DNA from: Octopus vulgaris | Taxonomy: Eukaryota | Reading direction: 5' to 3' | DNA: 64,000 nt | Assembly (NCBI GenBank): GCA_951406725.2 | Contig: OX597814.1 | Coordinates: 161,014,001-161,078,000, forward strand | Shown here: positions 58,193 to 64,000 of the stretch, piece by piece | How positions within the stretch are numbered: position 1 is the stretch's first letter | Layout: each line of letters begins with the position of its first letter | Notes under the pieces: model-generated | Told to the model about the DNA's origin: nothing | Seen by the model: only the letters and a program-made list of their open reading frames with translations | The model's database searches: none | Position numbers and translations under genes: made by a program

Positions 58193-58418
58193 AAGGCGGC
58201 AAGCTGGCAGAAACGTTAGCATGCCGGGCGAAATGCATAGCGGTATTTCGTCTGCCGTTATGTTCTGAGTTCAAATTCCACCGAGGTCGACTTTGCCTTT
58301 CATCCTTTCGGGGTCGATTAATTAAGTACCAGTTATGCACTGGGGTTAACTTAATCCGTTTGTCTGTCATTGTTTGTCCTCTCTGTGTTTAGCCCCTTGT
58401 GAGTAGTAAAGAAATAGG
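58193..58418 (+). mobile_element. Meta-domain tRNA SINE
   Basis: aaggcggcaagctggcagaaacgttagc...gagttcaaattcc...gtaaagaaatagg. Confidence 0.88.
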
Positions 58419-59381
58419 TATATATATATGTGTGTGTTTGTGTATGTATATATATATGTAGAATGGACTTCCATACAATTTCTGTTTATCAGCTTCATTT
58501 ACAAGGCATTTGTCGGTGTGGGACAACAATAGAAGTCATTTCCCTAAGATGCTGTGCGATGGGAGTGAACCTGAAACCACATGGTTGTAAAGTGAACTTT
58601 TTAACCACATAACATGCCTTAGCCTTCGATTTTGCTGGTTTTTATCTTCAACTTTCTCTTATTCCTTGTCTTCATTCTAAATCTATTATAACCTATATTG
58701 TTCAATAATTAATATTGCTTTTTCCTCACAGCATAATTATCTCCAGTTAGATTTTTAATGCTCTTTGCAAAAAATATGGTAATATTTCAATCAATATATA
58801 ATAATTTGTATAATCAATATATTAGCATGAAATTGATGTGTTATCATAATTACTATCATGGCAATACAACTATTACACAGAAGCAATATTTGACAGAAGT
58901 GTGGAGTCATTTTGTTATGACCTAACATGCTATGACTATAACCAAAATGCAATCAATGATGATAATCAATAATTTTTGGAATTTCCATTCATTCAGTTCA
59001 TGCTTTTATTTAAAAAGAATTAAAATAGCTTTTATATAGTTTATAAATATTTGTATGGAAAAAATATAATGTACTTTACTGTAAATATTTCAGAGGGTTG
59101 AGTTAAGTACACTTAGAAAAACATCAATTAAATATATGTATATATAGCAATGCAAATAAACAAATAAAACTGCTAGGGCTAGATATATAAAATATACATG
59201 TAAACAGAGAGAGAGAGAGAGAGAGTGAAAATATTCAGACTATGAACATTCATGTGTAAGCATAGATATTTATATATTAACCAAGCAGATTTACACAGAA
59301 TACAAAGTTTCTTCTATATTGAGTATCTTTAGAAACTATCTGTTGACTCTTTCTCTCTTTCTACATATATATATATATATA

Positions 59382-59940
59382 TCATCATCATCATCATCAT
59401 CATTTAGCGTCCGTTCTCCATGCTAGCATGGGTTGGACGGTTCAACTGGGATCTGTGAAGCTGGAAGGCTTCATCAGGCCCAGTCAAATCTGGCAAGGTT
59501 TCTACGGCTGGATGCCCTTCCTAACGCCAACCACTCCGTGAGTGTAGTGGGTGCTTTTTACGTGCCACCCGCACAGGTGCCAGACAGAGCTGGCAAACGG
59601 CCACGAACGGATGGTGCTTTTATGTGTCACCGGCACGGGGCCAGGCGAGGCTGGCAACGGACACGAACGGATGGTGCTTTTACGTGTCACCGGCACGGGG
59701 GCCAGGCGAGGCTGGCAAACGGACACGAACGGATGGTGCTTTTACATGCCACCGACATGGGGGCCAGACAGGGTTGGCAAACGGCCACGAACGGATGGTG
59801 TTTTTACGTGTCACCGGCAAGGGGGCCAGACAGAGCTGGCAAACGGCCACGAACGGATGGTGCTTTTACGTGTCACCGGCACGGGGGCGAGGCGAGGCTG
59901 GCAACGAACACGAACGGATGGTGCTTTTACGTGCCCCGTC
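59382..59940 (-). mobile_element. V-domain-type retroelement with 6+ tandem 60-63 bp modules
   Basis: (cat)n tail at 59382-59403; modules start (plus strand ggtgctttt) at 59550, 59613, 59673, 59735, 59797, 59859 and 59920. Confidence 0.9.
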
Positions 59941-60180
59941 AGTGTTCCAATATATATATATATGGGGATCCAAGTGTAGGAAGTTGGTAAGCTTCAAGCA
60001 GTGAGTGGCAGGTATAGAGAACAAAAAAGTGGAGAGTATACAATAAGAAATGATAACAATTTATTGGCATTGAGAGTTACACACTTTTTTCCCATATCAA
60101 AGTTGCAAGGAAATTCAAAAATCTGATAGGTTCTATATAGCTCAAAGTTAGCAACCAGAGCTGATTTATATATACATATA

Positions 60181-60590
60181 TCATCATCATCATCATCGTC
60201 ATTTAACGTCCACTTTCCATGCTGGCATGGGTTGAACGGTTTGACTGAGGACTGGTGAGCCAGAAGGCTGCACCAGGTTCCAATCCGATCTGGCAAAATT
60301 TCCTAATGCCAACCACTCCAAGAGTGTAATGGGTGCTTTTATGTGCCACTGGCATGAGGGCTAGTCAGGTGGTACTGGCAATGACCATGCTCAAAAGGTG
60401 TTTTTTACATGCCACCTGCACAGGAGCCAGTCTGGCAGCACTGGCAACGACCACACTCAAATGTTGTTTTTCATGTGCTACTAGCATATGTGCCAGTAAG
60501 GCGATGCTGACAATGATCATACTCAAATGGTGCTTTTTACGTGTCACTGGCACGAGTACCAATCATGCAGTACTGTCATCAGCCACATCA
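60181..60590 (-). mobile_element. V-domain-type retroelement, older copy with ~4 diverged modules
   Basis: (tca)n tail, core partly deleted, modules ggtg(c/t)tttt.a(c/t)gtg.cac. Confidence 0.75.
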
Positions 60591-60689
60591 GCAATTTTTA
60601 TTTTACTTGCCACAACAGGTCTTCGCAAGCAAAGTTTATTGTCCAATGAATGAAGGGCTAGTTATACACCACTGGCATAGGCCATGGGT

Positions 60690-61400
60690 TATGGTCTCAC
60701 TTGGCTCGTCAGGTCTTCTCAAGCACAGCATATCTCTAAAGGTCTTGGTCACTAGTCATTGTCTTGGCAAGGCCCAATGTTTAATGGTCATGCTTCACCA
60801 CCTCATCCCAGGTCTCCCTGGGTCTACCTCTTCCACAGGTTCCCTCAACTGCTAGGGTGTTACACTTTTTCACACAGCTGTCCTCATCCATTCACAACAC
60901 ATGACCATACCAGCACAGTCATCTCTCTTGCACACCACGTCTGATGCTTAAGTCCAACTTTTCTTTCAGGGCACTTACACTCTGTCATGAATGCATACTG
61001 ACATTACACATCCAGTGGAGCTTCATTCCTTGCAAGCTTATGCATGTCCTCAGCAGTCATGGCCCATGTTTCACTGCCATGTACCATGGTTGTTCACACA
61101 CATGCGTCATACAGTCTACCTTTTACTCTGAGAGGCCCTTTGTCACCAGCAGAGGTAGGAGTGCTCTGAACTTTGCCCAGGCTATTCTTATTCTAGCAGC
61201 TACACTTTCAGAGCATCCACCCCCACTACTGACCTAGGTAACAGAAGCTATCAACTACTTGTAGTTTTTCTCCCTGGAATGTGACAGAAGCTGTTCTATG
61301 TACATTTTCAGTGTTTATTGCTCCTGAGCATGTTCCACATACAAAAACTATCTTCCCAGTTAGCCTTCCTTTGATATTGCTGCACCTCAACAATTGCTAC
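60690..61400 (-). mobile_element. RTE-clade LINE 3' part (same family as 27760-28225)
   Basis: Minus: VDSFCYLG..SGGGCSESVAARIRIAWAKFRALLPLLVTK..KGRLYDACV*TTMVHGSETWAMTAED..; GTCGRGRPRETWDEVVKHD. Confidence 0.88.
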
Positions 61401-61901
61401 TCAACAATATTAAGTGAATATCAGACTTGGTGCATAAGTGCCGGCCACATGATATTTTTGCAGTGTCTGCAGATAAGACCCAGCTGAGTGAAGAATTCTG
61501 TTCTTAGCTGTTAAGACATGTACTTTATATTAAAAATACTGTCTATGATATTTAAGAAGCATAGATTCCAGGATAGGTGAATAAAATACAAGAGAGTAAC
61601 AAAGAGGTACAGGTGTCAATTCATTACACCTGTTTCCAATGACAACTTAAATTTATTAATGCAAACATTACCTCATTGTAAAAAAACCGTTTTCATCAGA
61701 TGAATTTGCGATCTTCAAACATAAAGGACAGTTCAACTTATTCAACACTGTTAACAAATTCACAGTGTCACATAACTGGCACCCATGCTGGTGGCACATA
61801 AAGAGCACCTTTTTTTACAATGATGTAATGTTCTCATTAATCAATTAAAGGAGTCTCACTTTTGAATATGACACACACTCTCACACAGAAGGCTTATTTT
61901 C

Positions 61902-63035
61902 TACAATGGGAAGTAAAAAATTATCCGCACTTTCGATAAAACTTTCTTTAGATTGACTGTACTGCCTTCAGCACTATGTGATAAAAGATGGTACTTTGGT
62001 AGTTGATTGTTCCAGTTTTCTTGTGTAACAAAGTAAACATGGCCACTCCACTCACAGGGTGCATCTAGAGAGAACAGTGATCAGTGTTCCAATTTCTCTG
62101 GTCTGAAAGAGTCTCAGGGGTTGAAGCTCATTGCAGGCTTTCGGTATAATATGGGGACAGTAATCTACTGCATAGAAGTGTGTATGAGTGGATTGAGAAG
62201 TTTGAAAATGACTGGATAAGCATGAAGCATGAATAAGGAGCAGGATATCCATTAAACACCACTACTGACCTGAAGATTCAACAAGCTGGAGAGATGCTTT
62301 TGGTGAACTGACGAGTGACCATCAATGAGGTGGCATGTTAGTCATGGTTCTGCATATGAAACATCCCCAACAAGCTTTGCTTCTGTAAAGTCTGTGCAGT
62401 CTGTGCGATTGTTTGGAGACCTGTCAATGCTTACTTGACCGCTACAGCGATGAAGCCAAAGTTTTTTTTTTGGAGAGAATAGTCACAGGTAATGAGACCT
62501 GGGTCCATCATGTTCAACCAGAATCCAAAAGCAGAGCATGGAGTGGAAACACCTGGAATTGCTAGCGAGAAAAAAATTCATCACTCAACCTTCTGCAGAA
62601 AAAGTAATGCTAACTGTATCTTGAGAGGCAAAAGGGCCTATACTGGAACCTTACCTGGAAAAGAAGTCTACAGTTAAATGCTGGCCAACAAATTGTAACT
62701 AGTAATTCGTACCAAATGCCGAAATCTATTGTCAAAGCAAGTGTTATTGTTGCACAGCAATGCATGCCCACAGTCTAGATCTTGCCTTCTTCTGACTATC
62801 ACCCTTTTGATTGCTCAAATATCTTTTGCTACAAGGTCATCGATTTTCTATGGATGAAGTACAAAAAGCAGGGCATAAATGGTTGCATGAAGCAGCCAAA
62901 ACCTTCTTTTCCAAGGGAATAAGCAAGCTTGTGGACCACTGAAAGAAGTGCATTTGAAAGCAAGGAGAGTACGTTGAAAAATGAAGTAACTGTTCAACCC
63001 TATTTTTGTTTTAATAAATTACAGAAACATTCATA
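61902..63035 (+). mobile_element. Mariner transposon, degenerate (second family)
   Basis: EQ*SVFQFLWSE..IMYGDS; RIVTGNETWVHHVQPESKS.SMEWKH; PSAEKVMLTV; SLDLAFSDYHLF; FFSKGISKLVDH*KKCI*KQGEYVEK*. Confidence 0.88.
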
Positions 63036-63179
63036 CCTGTCAAACCCCTTGCAAGGCTTTTGGAGAAGCACTTGCCAAGGTCCTGTGCCATGAGACTGAA
63101 ATTGAAATCATGTGGCTGGGAAGCAAAATTCTTAATGACACAGCTACACCTGATTGGTACTTTATTTTATTGATTGCGT

Positions 63180-63424
63180 AAATGCACTCGTGCTTTGCTG
63201 GAAATTGCTAGAGAGCTAAACAAGGGCTGGCAAGTGACCTACTGCTATGGATGCCAAAGCAAGGCTGTACTCGAGCAGATCGTATGAACACAATGCTGTG
63301 TAGAGCAACTTGCCAGACACATTGGATGCCTCCCTGAACACCTCCATCAATCAATGCAGGACCGAGATGGATGGCATGTGCAGGTCAAAAATGTTTGGGC
63401 AAGTTCAACTAGATGATATGATGA
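63180..63424 (+). mobile_element. RTE-clade LINE 3' end
   Basis: FAGNC*RAKQGLASDLLLWMPKQG...MQDRDGWHVQV...TR* followed by tgatatgatga tail. Confidence 0.75.
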
Positions 63425-64000
63425 AAGCTAAAAGTAGACTGACTAGATTTGAACTGAGAATGTTAAAGCAATGTAACTAAGTACTTCAAAATATTTTGTA
63501 TGACACTAACAATTCTGCCAAACTATCATCCTCACATGTATTACTGCTGCTTGTGTTCATACTGATGCTGTTGTTGATGATGATGATGACAATGAAAATG
63601 ATGATAATGACAGCAATGATGATGGTGATATGAAGAGGAAGTAGAAGCAATGCTTTGAGAGTGTCTTCCAGAAATATGACAATCCAAATTATTGATCAAA
63701 ATCTATTTTTAGTATAAAAAGGAGTACCAAACACACATTTTAGTTCCACTAGACAAATATTGATTTCATATGATGTCAGTACAACCTCAGTAAAGCAAAA
63801 TTAATCTACTTTGGAGTTGATTTGTTACAGCAATTAAATTTTATCATTTACATATATGTAAAATAAATTAAGAATTTTAGGGCTTAACCATTTCTTCTAA
63901 ATCTTCTCTTGAAGAGGTTGCAGGAAATTTGAACTTCCAACGACAATTTTTAGATGTTTAGATCTCGAGTTTACATCAGAGTGACTTCCCATTGCCTAGT

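Noticed and set aside
59550-59940. CRISPR-like array
   Set aside because: Entire units are homologous with no unique spacers; there are no cas genes, the context is eukaryotic, and the array belongs to a dispersed retroelement.
59433-60004. Three overlapping repeat ORFs of 126-185 aa
   Set aside because: By-product of GC-rich 60-63 bp repeats cycling through frames; non-ATG starts for some, no domain.
38700-64000. Uni-strand piRNA cluster next to a piRNA gene
   Set aside because: TE fragments lie in mixed orientation and are dominated by common SINEs; density is similar to the introns. It cannot be supported without small-RNA data.

Overview
AT-rich, repeat-dense animal genomic DNA. The SINE/LINE content and microsatellite tails look cephalopod (Octopus-like); this is an inference from repeat families. 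Positions 230-37456 hold one intron-rich minus-strand gene. I assembled it by hand into 18 phase-consistent GT-AG coding exons (2945 nt, at least 981 aa), and it runs off the left edge. It is a LOTUS/OST-HTH + extended Tudor protein of the TDRD5/Tejas class (piRNA pathway). It appears to carry FOUR LOTUS domains, and the fourth is split over three small exons absent from the ORF track. A CpG-retaining promoter-like region lies at ~37.5-38.5 kb. The rest (38.7-64 kb) has no recognisable host gene and is made of decayed elements: a Gypsy-type pol, two mariners, Helitrons, RTE LINE ends, TTAA MITEs and tRNA-derived SINEs. The most unusual non-coding signals are: a tandemly amplified 60-69 nt pseudoknot-forming module at the 5' end of a headless RTE-tailed retroelement; a tRNA-head element ending in a degenerate hammerhead core; and two long foldback hairpins. 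Most listed ORFs outside the gene are spurious or transposon remnants.
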